Below are positions 10,826-21,060 of a DNA stretch of 64,000 nucleotides, one piece after another; within the stretch, counting starts at the first letter, position 1; the number at the start of each line of letters is the position of its first letter. Location: contig CAVUWD010000006.1 of assembly GCA_963745025.1 (NCBI GenBank), positions 192,001 to 256,000 of the forward strand, given 5' to 3'. Made by a program: the position numbers and the translations under genes. This DNA comes from an uncultured delta proteobacterium (GTDB taxonomy: Bacteria > Desulfobacterota > Binatia > JACPRU01). The notes beneath the pieces were generated by a model, which did no database searches, was not told where the DNA came from, and worked only from the letters and a program-made list of their open reading frames with translations.

Positions 10826-13006
10826 ATGACGAATCCCTCGATGATGATCGCGATCGATGCCGGCGGCACGATGACCGACGCGTATCTGACCGATGAGCAC
10901 GGCAATTTTGCCGTCGGCAAGGCGCTGACCAACCGCGCCGCCGAGCACGAGAGCTATCTCGAGGCGATCGAGGACGCGGCGCGCGTCTGGGGCATCGACG
11001 GCCGCACCGTGCACGAGCGCGCGATGCTGTCGGTCTACACCGGAACGGCCATGCTCAACGCCATGCTGATGCGCCGCGGCAAGCGTGTCGGCCTGTTGGT
11101 CACGCGCGGCTTCGAGCATTCGACGATCCAGGAGCGCGGCCTGACCTATCTCGGGCAGTCCTACGCCGAAATCCTGCACCAGCGGCTGCATGAACACACC
11201 GTACCGCTGATGGACCCGCGGCACGTGCGCGGCATCACCGAGCGCATCGAGAGCGGCAGCTATTACGGCCTGTCGCCGGCCGGCGGAGTGCTGATCCCGA
11301 TCAACGAGAACGACGTCAGGCGCGAGGTCGCCTTCCTGCTCGACGAGGGTATCGAGGCGATCGGCATCGTGTTCCTGTTCTCCTATCTCAATCCGGCGCA
11401 CGAGCGGCGCGCGGCCGAGATCGCGCGCGAGGTGATCGCGGCGCGCGGCGCCGACGTGCGGGTCATCACCTCGGCCGAGCTGATCCCCGTGATCAAGGAA
11501 AACCAGCGTTTGAAGAGCGTGCTGATCGAGGCCTTCACGGCCGACGAAGCCCGCAAGCAGCTCGGCGCGGTCGAGCGCGCGGCCCAGGACAGCGGCTTGA
11601 AGTCGAGCCTGCTGACGGTGACGAGCTACGGCAGCGTGGTCAGCATCAACACGCCGCGGCTCTACGAGACGATCATCTCAGGGCCGGTGGGCGGGCTGAT
11701 GGGGGGCAAGTGGATCGCCGAGCTCAAGGGGCTCGACAGCATCGTCTGCTGCGATATGGGCGGCACCAGCTTCGACGTCGGCCTGATCGTCGGCGGCAAC
11801 ATCGGCATCCGTCACGAGCCGGATTTCGGCGGCCATCGCCTCGCCCTGCCGATGGTCGCACTCGACTCGATCGGCGCCGGTGCCGGCAGCGTCATTCATG
11901 TCGATCCGGTCACCAAGAGCATCGAGCTCGGTCCGGACTCGGCCGGGGCCGAGGTCGGGGTGTGCTACAAGTACCCCGAAATCACGGTCTCCGATCTCGA
12001 TGTCGCGCTCGGCTACCTGAACCCCAATTACTTCCTCGGCGGCAAGATCACGCTCGACCGCGAGCGCGCGCTCGGCATCCTCGAGGAACGCCTCGCCAAA
12101 CCCCTGGGGCAGGATCTGTTCCACGCCGCCGAGGGCGTGCTCGAGGTCATGCACACGCGCATGAAGGAGTTGATCTATTCGATGCTGCTCGCGCGCGGCT
12201 ACGAGCCGAGTTCCTACACGCTGTTCATGTACGGCGGCGGCGGGCCGCTGCACATGTGGGGCGTGACCGAGGGGATCCCGCTGGCCAGCATCGCGACGTT
12301 CCCGTGGGCGGCGGCCTTCTCGGCCTTCGGCGCGACCGCGGCCGAGTACTCGCACCGCTACCAGGCCGGCGCGAGCCTCTTGATCCCGCTGCATCCGGAC
12401 CGCGACACGCAGCGCCAGGCCGCGGCGCAGTTCAACCGCGTGTTCGAGGAACTCGAGGAGCGCGCCTACCAGGAACTGCAGGACGAGGGATTTCGCCGCG
12501 ACCAGGTGCGCTTCAACTACGGCATGCAGGCGCGCTACACGGGTCTGCTCGAAAGTCTCGAGGTCGCGCTGCCCTTCGGGCGGCTGGCCGAGCCCAAGGA
12601 CCTCGATCGGGCGATCGCGGCGTTCGAGGATCGCTACGAGAAGGTCTACGCGCGCGGCGCCAAGTACCGCGAGGCCGGCTATTTCATTTCCGAGTTCTTC
12701 ATTGAAGCGTTCGCCGAAAAACCCAAGCCGGCGCTGCGCCCGCAGCCGCTCGGGCCGGCGGCGCCGCCGCGCAAGGCTTACAAGCAGAAGCGCAAGGTCT
12801 TCCATCGGCGCCGCTGGATCGACTTCGAGATCCTCGAGATGGCGCACCTCGGCCCCGGCAACTGCGTTGCCGGGCCGGCGATCATCGAGGATCCGATGAC
12901 CACGCTGGTAATCCCGCCCGGCAAACAGGTATCCTTCGATGAGCACGGGCTCATCTGGTATCTGGGGTCAGAACGCGCAGGCCTAGCGCGGAGGAGAGTC
13001 TCATGA
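10826..13006 (+). CDS. acxA: Acetone carboxylase beta subunit-like protein (hydantoinase A/oxoprolinase family)
   Basis: IDAGGTMTD, SGPVGG, DMGGTSFD, YGGGGPLH, GPAIIEDPMTT; first of three coupled genes. Confidence 0.85.
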   Translation: MTNPSMMIAIDAGGTMTDAYLTDEHGNFAVGKALTNRAAEHESYLEAIEDAARVWGIDGRTVHERAMLSVYTGTAMLNAMLMRRGKRVGLLVTRGFEHSTIQERGLTYLGQSYAEILHQRLHEHTVPLMDPRHVRGITERIESGSYYGLSPAGGVLIPINENDVRREVAFLLDEGIEAIGIVFLFSYLNPAHERRAAEIAREVIAARGADVRVITSAELIPVIKENQRLKSVLIEAFTADEARKQLGAVERAAQDSGLKSSLLTVTSYGSVVSINTPRLYETIISGPVGGLMGGKWIAELKGLDSIVCCDMGGTSFDVGLIVGGNIGIRHEPDFGGHRLALPMVALDSIGAGAGSVIHVDPVTKSIELGPDSAGAEVGVCYKYPEITVSDLDVALGYLNPNYFLGGKITLDRERALGILEERLAKPLGQDLFHAAEGVLEVMHTRMKELIYSMLLARGYEPSSYTLFMYGGGGPLHMWGVTEGIPLASIATFPWAAAFSAFGATAAEYSHRYQAGASLLIPLHPDRDTQRQAAAQFNRVFEELEERAYQELQDEGFRRDQVRFNYGMQARYTGLLESLEVALPFGRLAEPKDLDRAIAAFEDRYEKVYARGAKYREAGYFISEFFIEAFAEKPKPALRPQPLGPAAPPRKAYKQKRKVFHRRRWIDFEILEMAHLGPGNCVAGPAIIEDPMTTLVIPPGKQVSFDEHGLIWYLGSERAGLARRRVS

Positions 13007-15246
13007 ACCCGACTGAATCGACCTTGCTCGATCGCCCGGCGACCGCCACGCGGCCGGCCACGACGGCGAATCTGCGCCGCCTGCTCGCCGAGCGCGACCG
13101 GCTCTCGAAAGATTGCTACTACGGGTTGCGCAAACTGCGGCTCAAGGACGCCGACCCGACGCGCTACGAGCGTTTTCACTCGGCGCTGCGCGTCGGGCTG
13201 TTCTCGGCGCGCGAGGTCTCGAAATTCGTCTCGGCCTCGCCAGGCTCGCGCGAGATGGGCGAGTTGCTGTTCGGTCTGTTGACGCCCGAGGGCGACCCGG
13301 TCGGCATCTCGCAGGGACTGGCTGGCAGCATCGCGTCCTTCCCGATTGGCGTGCGCTGCATGATCAACAACGACTACGAGGACAACCCCGGGATCCGCGA
13401 GGGCGACATCTTCTCGGGCGACGACCCGCAATCGATGGGTGCGATCCATCCGGGCGACTGTTTCACCTATCTGCCGATCTTCCACTCGGGGCGGGTCGTG
13501 GCCTGGGCCGCGGGCATGAACCACATCATCGACGTCGGCTCGATGATTGGCGGCAGCTGGCCGCCGTTCTCGCAGGACACCTTCACCGACGGCTTCGTCG
13601 TTCCGCTGACCAAGACCGGCGAAAACTACGAGTACCACGCCTGGTGGCTGACGATGTGGAAGCGCCGCACGCGCGCCGCGGTGTTCAACATCCTCGACGA
13701 GAAGATGCGCCTCTGCGGCTGCCAGATGATCGAGCGCAAGGTCCACGAGGTCATCGCCGAGTTCGGCCTCAAGTACTTCGTCGAAGGGACCCGCGAAATC
13801 ATCGAAGACGGCCGGCGCGCGGTCAAACGCAACGTCCGCGAGCTCGCGGTGCCGGGCCGCGCGCGCAACGCCACGTTCCGCGCGGCCGGCTACAGCGGCG
13901 TCGGCGTGCTGTTTCCGCTCGCGGCGCGCGAGTACTTGATTCACGTGCCGGTCGAATCGCGCGTCGACGGCGACGCCGGTCTGATGATCGATACCGCCGG
14001 GGCGAGTCCGTGGGGTTTCCATTCCTATAACGGCTACAAGGGCGGGCTGTCCGGAGCGGTTTATCTCGGGGCCATGGACGGCTACGCGCACAACACCAAG
14101 ATCAGCGCCGGCCTCATGGAGCACGTCCAGGTCGGGGCGGACCTGGGGTCGGTCCTGAATCCGGACTACGAGCACGCGAGCGCCTCGAACCCGTGGGCCA
14201 CGACCGTGTCGGTGATCTCGTGCTCGATCAGCAACGCGAGTCGCGGGTTTCTCGCCCGCGGTTACCTCGAGGAATGCTGGACCGGGGAAGCCTCGTGGGA
14301 CGGCGTGCAGGGCAGCGGCATCCTGCCGAACGGCAAGGGCTGGGGCTTCACCAATTTGCAATACGTCGGCGCTTCCGGCATGGGCGCGTTCTGTTACAAG
14401 GACGGGCTGCCGACCGCCTGGACGAACTGGAACCACCGCTCCGACATCGGCAACGCCGAGGAATGGGAGTACGTGACCCCGGCGCTCTACTACCTCGGCC
14501 GGCGGCTGGTGCCCGAATACTGCGGGCACGGCAAGTACCGCGGCGCGATCGGCCACAGCGCGGTCTACGTGATCCTCAATCCCGGGCGTCTGGCGATCAA
14601 TCGCGGTGGCGGCACCGGGGCGCGCAACACCGTGATCGCGAACGGCATGTGCGGCGGTTATCCGGCGCCGGGCGTGTTCATCAAGACGCTGCACGGCACC
14701 AACATGCGCGAACTCATGGCGCGCGGCGAACCTTATCCGAGTTCGCCGTGGGAACTCGACGAGTTCGTGGCGAGCGGCCGTCTCAAGGCCGCGCGTTCGA
14801 CGGCTTGGAAAAAGGACTTCCCGCCGCACGAGATGAAGGACGGGGACGTCTACGCCCAGGCCGCGGGCGCCGGCGGCGGCTGGGGCGATCCACTCGAGCG
14901 CGATCCCGGGCTGGTCCTCGACGACTTGCAGAACGAGTGGCTCGACGCCGACACCGCGCGCGAAGTCTACGGCGTGGTGTTTGCCGGTGCCGGGCGCGCC
15001 GCGACAGTCGACGAGTCGGCGACCGCCGCGCTGCGCAAGGCGATCCGCGTGCGCCGTCTGGCCCGCGGTGTGCCGGTCAAGGACTGGTGGCAGGCGACGC
15101 GCCGCCGCGTGCTGGCCGGCGACTTCATCGAGCCGGTGCGCTCGATGCACCGCGATAGTCTCGGGTTTGCGCATTATCGCGACGAGTTCACGAGTTTCTG
15201 GGCGCTGGACCCCGCGTTCAGCTACGACCAGGAGGCCTCGCTATGA
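13003..15246 (+). CDS. acxB: Acetone carboxylase alpha subunit-like protein (hydantoinase B family)
   Basis: Metal-ligand motifs IHPGD and NHIIDVG, GHGKYRG, GGGWGDPLERDP; ATGA overlap with the upstream gene. Confidence 0.85.
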   Translation: MNPTESTLLDRPATATRPATTANLRRLLAERDRLSKDCYYGLRKLRLKDADPTRYERFHSALRVGLFSAREVSKFVSASPGSREMGELLFGLLTPEGDPVGISQGLAGSIASFPIGVRCMINNDYEDNPGIREGDIFSGDDPQSMGAIHPGDCFTYLPIFHSGRVVAWAAGMNHIIDVGSMIGGSWPPFSQDTFTDGFVVPLTKTGENYEYHAWWLTMWKRRTRAAVFNILDEKMRLCGCQMIERKVHEVIAEFGLKYFVEGTREIIEDGRRAVKRNVRELAVPGRARNATFRAAGYSGVGVLFPLAAREYLIHVPVESRVDGDAGLMIDTAGASPWGFHSYNGYKGGLSGAVYLGAMDGYAHNTKISAGLMEHVQVGADLGSVLNPDYEHASASNPWATTVSVISCSISNASRGFLARGYLEECWTGEASWDGVQGSGILPNGKGWGFTNLQYVGASGMGAFCYKDGLPTAWTNWNHRSDIGNAEEWEYVTPALYYLGRRLVPEYCGHGKYRGAIGHSAVYVILNPGRLAINRGGGTGARNTVIANGMCGGYPAPGVFIKTLHGTNMRELMARGEPYPSSPWELDEFVASGRLKAARSTAWKKDFPPHEMKDGDVYAQAAGAGGGWGDPLERDPGLVLDDLQNEWLDADTAREVYGVVFAGAGRAATVDESATAALRKAIRVRRLARGVPVKDWWQATRRRVLAGDFIEPVRSMHRDSLGFAHYRDEFTSFWALDPAFSYDQEASL

Positions 15247-15854
15247 GCGGGACGAACGAACGACCCGGAGACGGCGCCGCCGGCGCCGAGGACCTCCATG
15301 CCGAGGAGGTCAACGAACATCTCGTCGAGCGCATGGTGGCCGATGACCTGGCGTGGGAGGAGTGGCGGCAACTCCTCAAGCTGCCGCGCAAGGACGCCGA
15401 CCGGATCCACAAGTACCTCAGGGTTCTGCAGCAGCGCGTCGGTTTCGCCGAGCCGATCCTGCTGCGCATCGCCGATCACCTCTACATCGTGCGCGCCGCC
15501 GATGGCCGCGTCGTGAAATGCGACTGCGGGCATGTGTTCGGCGATTACCGGGTCAACTGGAAGCTCGGTGCGCTGGTGCACGTGCGCGAGACCGCCGCGA
15601 GTATCGCCGAGGTCTACCGCCGCGAGAACTTCGCGCCCGAGCCCGGTTGGTCGGAGGTCCGCGAGTACTATTGTCCGGGCTGCGCGACGCAACTGTGCGT
15701 CGAAGTCGTGCCGCCGGGCTACCCGCCAATCTTCGAGTTTCTGCCGAATCTCGACACCTTCTACCGCGATTGGCTCGGGCAGCCGCTCGCCGACGCCGCG
15801 CCGGACTGGTTCGAGGATCGCACGCGCAGGGTCACGGCCAGCTGGCGCGAGTGA
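15243..15854 (+). CDS. acxC: Acetone carboxylase gamma subunit-like protein
   Basis: KCDCGHVFGDYRVNWK and REYYCPGC zinc motifs, PPGYPPIFEFLP. Confidence 0.85.
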   Translation: MSGTNERPGDGAAGAEDLHAEEVNEHLVERMVADDLAWEEWRQLLKLPRKDADRIHKYLRVLQQRVGFAEPILLRIADHLYIVRAADGRVVKCDCGHVFGDYRVNWKLGALVHVRETAASIAEVYRRENFAPEPGWSEVREYYCPGCATQLCVEVVPPGYPPIFEFLPNLDTFYRDWLGQPLADAAPDWFEDRTRRVTASWRE

Positions 15855-15915
15855 GGCGCGGCGCGCGGGTCCGAGCCCGGCCTGGCGCAGACGCAGAGAT
15901 CGCGAGGAGGCCCGC

Positions 15916-17100
15916 GTGAGCGGTGTGCTCGAGGGGCTCAGGGTGCTTGACTTCGGGCGCTACGTCGCCGGCCCGTTTTGCGCCACGATGCTCGGCGACA
16001 TGGGCGCCGAAGTGATCCGCGTCGAGCGCGTCGACGGCAGCGAGGACCGCTACATCGCGAGCGTCGCCGCGACCGGCGAGGGCAGCGCCTTTCTGCAACT
16101 CGCGCGCAACAAGCTCGACCTGACGCTGAACCCGATGAAGGCCGAGGGCCGCGAAGTCGTGCGCCGTCTCGTCGCGACCGCCGACGTGGTGGTCGCCAAC
16201 CTGCCGATTTCGACCCTCAAGGCCATGGGCATCGATTACCCGACGCTCACCGGGATCAAGCCCGACATCATCCTCACGCACGTCTCGGCCTTCGGCAGCG
16301 AGGGTCCCTACGCGGAGCGCGTCGGTTTCGATCTGCTTGGCCAGGCGATGTCGGGCATGGCTTACATCTCGGGCACCGCGGAGCAGCCGATGCGCTCGCA
16401 GGTCGCCTATGTCGACTACAGCACCGGCCTGCTCGCGGCCTTCGGGACGATGGCGGCGCTGATGGAGCGCCAGAAGACCGGGCGCGGCCAGGTCGTCGAG
16501 GCCTCGCTGCTCGCCTCGAGCATCATGCTCAACAACAACTTCCTCGTCGAGGAGGGTGTGTTGCGCCTCGGGCGCAAGCCGCACGGCAACCGCGGCCACC
16601 ACATCGCTCCGAACGACATCTTTCGCACCCAGGACGGCTGGATCATCCTGATGGTCGCGGGCGATCCGATTTTCGAGCGCTGGGCGAAGCTCATGGGCGA
16701 AGAGCACTGGCTGACCGATCCGCGGTTCTCGTCGGACGGCCGGCGCGCGGAACACGGCGCGGTGATCAGCGAGCGCACGGCGGGCTGGTGCGCCGCGCGC
16801 TCGACCGCCGACGCGCTGCGTGAACTCGAGGAGGCGCGGCTGCCCGCCGGGCCGCTCTACACGCCCGCGCAGGTGCTCGAGGATCCCCATGTGCGCGAGC
16901 AGGGAATTTTCCGCGAGGTCGACTATCCCGGACTGCCGCGGCCGGCGCCGCTCGTCGACACCCCCGTCCGATTGTCCGCGACCCCGGGCTCGATCCGCAG
17001 CCGTCCGCCGACGCTCGGCGAGCACACCGATCGGATCCTGGGCGAACTCGGCTACGGTGCCGCCGAGATCGCCGAGCTCAGACGCAAGCGCGTCGTCTGA
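15916..17100 (+). CDS. CaiB/BaiF family (class III) CoA transferase
   Basis: LEGLRVLDFGRYVAGPFC..LGDMGAEVIRVE, RNK, PPTLGEHT; GTG start after AGGAGG. Confidence 0.92.
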   Translation: MSGVLEGLRVLDFGRYVAGPFCATMLGDMGAEVIRVERVDGSEDRYIASVAATGEGSAFLQLARNKLDLTLNPMKAEGREVVRRLVATADVVVANLPISTLKAMGIDYPTLTGIKPDIILTHVSAFGSEGPYAERVGFDLLGQAMSGMAYISGTAEQPMRSQVAYVDYSTGLLAAFGTMAALMERQKTGRGQVVEASLLASSIMLNNNFLVEEGVLRLGRKPHGNRGHHIAPNDIFRTQDGWIILMVAGDPIFERWAKLMGEEHWLTDPRFSSDGRRAEHGAVISERTAGWCAARSTADALRELEEARLPAGPLYTPAQVLEDPHVREQGIFREVDYPGLPRPAPLVDTPVRLSATPGSIRSRPPTLGEHTDRILGELGYGAAEIAELRRKRVV

Positions 17101-17254
17101 CCCGCCTCCCGGAGCCGCTTTTGTGCGAAACTGTCACCATGTTCCCGCTCTGCACCGCGTTTCGGCCTAACGGTTGGTCCAGACCGGCGCACAAGCGGCT
17201 TGCCGCCGCCGAGCGACTTTGCGCGCCACACGTGTATCGAGAGGAGGACTCATC

Positions 17255-17767
17255 ATGGACGCTGACGAGTTGCGCGCCGTCCAGGCGCCGTTGAAGGAGC
17301 GTTATCGCCAAGCCCCTGAGGCAGCACTCATCACGCTGCATGCGAAGGGGCGCCTCGGTGAAGGCGTTAGTTGCAAGATCGAGACGGGTAAAGCACTCGT
17401 CGTCGCTGGGTTGCACCCCGCCACCGGCGGAAGCGGACTCGGCGCATGCTCCGGCGATATGCTGCTGGAAGCGCTCGTTGCCTGCGCAGGAGTGACCCTC
17501 AACGCCGTGGCGACCGCACTTGGAATCGCGTTGCGCGATGCCACTTTGCTCGCGGAAGGCGATCTCGATTTCCGCGGCACTTTGGGCCTGTCGAAGGAGG
17601 TGCCGATCGGCTTCCAGAACATCAGACTTCAGTTTACGCTCGACACTGATGCTTCGGAAGAGCAAGTCGACACGCTGCTGCGCCTGACCGAAAGGTACTG
17701 TGTCGTGTACCAAACGCTCGCACATACACCCGCGTTGTCGGTAACCCGGAAGGCCGCCAGTGTCTGA
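17255..17767 (+). CDS. OsmC family protein
   Basis: GLHPATGG, CSGDMLLEALVAC, LTERYCVV; RBS GAGGAG. Confidence 0.88.
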   Translation: MDADELRAVQAPLKERYRQAPEAALITLHAKGRLGEGVSCKIETGKALVVAGLHPATGGSGLGACSGDMLLEALVACAGVTLNAVATALGIALRDATLLAEGDLDFRGTLGLSKEVPIGFQNIRLQFTLDTDASEEQVDTLLRLTERYCVVYQTLAHTPALSVTRKAASV

Positions 17768-17851
17768 GTGCATAGCGAGAACGGAGCGGGGCTGCCTCAG
17801 TCAGGTGTCCAAGGAAATCGTGGGGCGGGGTCCCGAAAGAATTCACTGGGT

Positions 17852-17974
17852 TTACGGCGCGGTTTCTGAACCCCATCGACACGCGCTCGACCGCTCGGAT
17901 CGGAGCGTACTGCCGCAGCGGCCGCAGAACGCGGCGTCGTCAGGCAGCTGAGCATCGCAGGAGGCGCAGTTCAC
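17852..17974 (-). CDS. Short zinc-ribbon ORF (40 aa) or truncated gene remnant
   Basis: Manual translation MNCASCDAQLPDDAAFCGRCGSTL..., with CxxC-x10-CxxC, directly downstream of the GNAT gene. Below the ORF-track length cutoff. Confidence 0.45.
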   Translation of the reverse strand: MNCASCDAQLPDDAAFCGRCGSTLRSERSSACRWGSETAP

Positions 17975-17982
17975 CACCCTAC

Positions 17983-18924
17983 TTACCGCCAATCATCGAT
18001 GACGAACATGCCCGGCCGATTGAAACCCTCCTCGTTGGGCCGTTGCATCGCGACGCCCTGTAGAAACGTGCGAAATCCTCGATCGACCATGATTCGATAC
18101 GCTTCGTGACGCGCCATGTTGACGCCCGCGTCGATCTTCTGAGCGCCCCGTGTGGCTGCAAAGCCCTCACACGCATCCAGGAGGTGATTGAAGCGATCTG
18201 CCGCGTTCGTGCCGGGCCGGACCGCTCCGAACTTCACATAGCACGCGCCGCTGCGGGCCTCGGTTCCCGGCCCGCAATGACATACCGCCAGTCCCGCGAT
18301 CCCCCCTTGATCACGAACCAGGACCGTGTCGCCGAGCTTCTGCTTCTCCACCGATCGGACCTCGAGCTCGAGGTCTAGTCCATCGAAGACGGTGTTGGTC
18401 AGATCCCGGCACTCGCGGAGGTAAGCGTCGTGCTTGCTCGCCGGCACCTCCGAAAAGCTCGACCATTCCACCTGACGGGCCGATGACTGCACGGATTTGG
18501 ACATGACCGGAGTGAGGAACCGCGCCGCGAAGCCGAACTTCTGATAGAGGGCGATGTGCTTCGGACTGTGGGAGAAGGTGAAGAGTCCAAGATGCTTCGT
18601 ACCCCGCTCCGCGAAGAGATCCATCGTCCGGCGGAGCAGCCGCCGGGCAACGCCCTGCTCCCAGAGATCGGGCCGCACGGTCAGCGGACCGAAAAACCCG
18701 AAGCTGCCCCAGCAGGTGACGAAGTTCGAGCCCACGAGCTCGCCGTTGCCTTCCGCCGCGACGGCGGCCGCTGGATCGGCACGCCACCGCGTTTCCACAT
18801 AGCCGGCATCGCCCATGAACGCCATCGGATCGGGAAGCCCGAGGAAGGTGCCGAAGGCCAGGCGGCAGATTCGATCGGCAGTAGGCAGGTCCCGTTCTTC
18901 GAGCCCGCGGATGACAATGTTCAT
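17983..18924 (-). CDS. GNAT family N-acetyltransferase (two-domain)
   Basis: FGPLTVRPDLWEQGVARRLL acetyl-CoA-binding motif, ALYQKFGF. Confidence 0.85.
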   Translation of the reverse strand: MNIVIRGLEERDLPTADRICRLAFGTFLGLPDPMAFMGDAGYVETRWRADPAAAVAAEGNGELVGSNFVTCWGSFGFFGPLTVRPDLWEQGVARRLLRRTMDLFAERGTKHLGLFTFSHSPKHIALYQKFGFAARFLTPVMSKSVQSSARQVEWSSFSEVPASKHDAYLRECRDLTNTVFDGLDLELEVRSVEKQKLGDTVLVRDQGGIAGLAVCHCGPGTEARSGACYVKFGAVRPGTNAADRFNHLLDACEGFAATRGAQKIDAGVNMARHEAYRIMVDRGFRTFLQGVAMQRPNEEGFNRPGMFVIDDWR

Positions 18925-19061
18925 AGGGTGCTTCGATCACGCACGATCAACTATTGACAAGAATTTGGCTCTTGCGCGCCCGCATGTCCTCGGCGCTGCT
19001 GAGAGAAAATTGGTTTTCGGTTCCACTCATCATGATCCGATGCTCCCAAAACGGGAGCCGT

Positions 19062-19094
19062 GCCGTCAACCGGCAAGCTTTGCCGGTTGACGGC
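19062..19094. repeat. Perfect 15-bp inverted repeat with 3-nt spacer
   Basis: GCCGTCAACCGGCAA-GCT-TTGCCGGTTGACGGC in the divergent intergenic region. Confidence 0.85.
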
Positions 19095-19300
19095 GTTTGT
19101 GCCCGGGGAAGGCTGTTGGCCGGAAGCAAACAGTACCGCAGATCAGCTTCCCACAATCGAGAGAGGCTCACATGTCCAGGGTCGGTCGTTGAACACGAGG
19201 GGCAGACTTGGCGCGTCACCCGCCCCGCTTCCATCCCCCTGCGGAGGAGAATCGCGCTGCCGACCTTGCCCGCCACTGCGCGCTCGGCTAACTGCTCGGC

Positions 19301-20455
19301 ATGGCGAACGAGCCCGTGATCGACGGCCACTGCGACCCGCGCTTCGCCTCGGTGCGAGACGCCTTCATCGCGAACTTCGAGGCAGGGCGGGAGGTCGGCG
19401 CATCGTTCGCCGCGACGGTGAACGGTGAGTTCGTGGTAGACCTCTGGGGCGGCTACGCCGACGCGGCGAGCACGCGGCCGTGGGAGCGCGATACCCTCAT
19501 CAACGTGTTCTCGACGACGAAAGCGATGACGGCGCTCTGCGCCCACATCCTCGTCGATGGCGGCGCACTGGACGTGGATTCCCCCGTCGCGCGTTACTGG
19601 CCTGAGTTCGTGCAGGCGGGGAAAGAGAGGATCACGACGCGCCAACTCCTGAGCCACACAGCCGGGCTCGCGGGGATCCGGCAGCCGCTCCCGACCGAGG
19701 CGCTGTACGATTGGAAGCGAATGATCGAGGTGCTCGCCGCCGAAGCGCCCTGGTGGGAGCCCGGCACCGCCAACGGCTACCATCCTCTGACCTACGGCTA
19801 CCTGGTCGGGGAGGTGATCCGGCGCATCAGCGGAAAAACACCGGGAGCATTCTTTCGCGACGAGGTCGCCGCGCCCCTCGAGGCGGACTTTCATATCGGT
19901 CTCCCCGAATCCGAAGACGACCGCGTAGCGGAGATGGTGCCCCCGACCACGGGAGAGCTTGCGGCGGTGGGGGCACCGACGACTATCGACCCTGAAACGC
20001 TCAGCGGCCGGGCGATCGCCAACCCGCCGCTCCGAGCCGAGTTTGCCAACCGGCCCGAGTGGCGGCGAGCAGAGATTCCGGCGGCGAACGGCCACGGCGA
20101 CGCCCGGTCGGTGGCGCGGGTGATGGCGCTCCTCGCTTGCGGCGGAAAGCTTGATGGCGTGCGGCTGCTCAGCGAGCAGACGATCGCCAAGGCAATCGCA
20201 GAGCAGCGCTACGCCAAAGATCTCGTCCTCGGGTTCAAGATGCGCTGGGGCCTCGGCTTCATGCTGACCAGCCGACAGCTTCCAGTTGGGCCGAACCCGC
20301 GGACGTTCGGCCACGGAGGATGGGGCGGCTCACTCGGCTTCGCCGACCTCGACGCCCGCGTGAGCTGGTCCTACATTATGAACAAGATGTCGCCCGGCAC
20401 GGCAGGCGACACGCGCGTCGCGGGGATGCTCGCGGCGCTCTACGGCGCGCTGTAG
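19301..20455 (+). CDS. Serine hydrolase, beta-lactamase/EstB family
   Basis: FSTTK (SxxK), LLSHTAGL, GYHPLTYG, FGHGGWGGS. Confidence 0.92.
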   Translation: MANEPVIDGHCDPRFASVRDAFIANFEAGREVGASFAATVNGEFVVDLWGGYADAASTRPWERDTLINVFSTTKAMTALCAHILVDGGALDVDSPVARYWPEFVQAGKERITTRQLLSHTAGLAGIRQPLPTEALYDWKRMIEVLAAEAPWWEPGTANGYHPLTYGYLVGEVIRRISGKTPGAFFRDEVAAPLEADFHIGLPESEDDRVAEMVPPTTGELAAVGAPTTIDPETLSGRAIANPPLRAEFANRPEWRRAEIPAANGHGDARSVARVMALLACGGKLDGVRLLSEQTIAKAIAEQRYAKDLVLGFKMRWGLGFMLTSRQLPVGPNPRTFGHGGWGGSLGFADLDARVSWSYIMNKMSPGTAGDTRVAGMLAALYGAL

Positions 20456-20631
20456 CGACCGCACCGTCGTCGTCGCGTTCATGCGCCGAGCGATCAAGAC
20501 ATGAGGTGACGGTCGAGGCGCACCGTCGGATTTTCTCGCGGTTGGAAACGCCATCCTCGTTTCATTCTCACTGCCGGGAAGGAATACCGAGACGTGGCTA
20601 TAGAATTCTCGCCGATTCCGAGGGTTGAGCG

Positions 20632-20648
20632 CTGGCACGGAATTTGGG
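20632..20648 (+). promoter_or_regulatory. Possible sigma-54 (-24/-12)-like promoter of the hydrogenase operon
   Basis: CTGGCACG-GAAT-TTGG has a perfect -24 box and correct spacing, but GG instead of GC at -12. It ends about 25 nt before the hypA start. Confidence 0.35.
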
Positions 20649-20673
20649 AGTCGAGGTGTTCGGAGGCTCGGCC

Positions 20674-21060
20674 GTGCACGAGCTGTCGATCTCGAGCGGG
20701 ATCATCGAGGTAGCGCGACGGGCAGTCACGTCGCCGCCGCTTTCGGCTGCGAGGGTTCTCCGGGTGGATGTCCGGATCGGGCGTCTCACCGGGATCGTTC
20801 CCGACATCCTTCGGCACTACTACGCGCTCCTGACGGTCGGTACCGAGCTCGAAGGGTCCGTCCTGGCCGTCGAGGTGGTTCCGGTCCGTGGCCGGTGCAG
20901 CGACTGTTCGGCGGCCTTCGAGATCGATGACCTGAGCTTCGGCTGCCCATTTTGCGGCTCGGGATTCTCGGAGATCTTCTCGGGGAAAGAGCTCGAGGTC
21001 GTTTCGCTCGAGACCGCCGAGGATGGCAACGAGAATCGCGAGGTGGCGTATGGAAATTGA
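20674..21060 (+). CDS. hypA: Hydrogenase maturation nickel metallochaperone HypA
   Basis: MHELSI N-terminus (GTG start), CSDC and CPFC zinc motifs, SGKEL. Confidence 0.93.
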   Translation: MHELSISSGIIEVARRAVTSPPLSAARVLRVDVRIGRLTGIVPDILRHYYALLTVGTELEGSVLAVEVVPVRGRCSDCSAAFEIDDLSFGCPFCGSGFSEIFSGKELEVVSLETAEDGNENREVAYGN

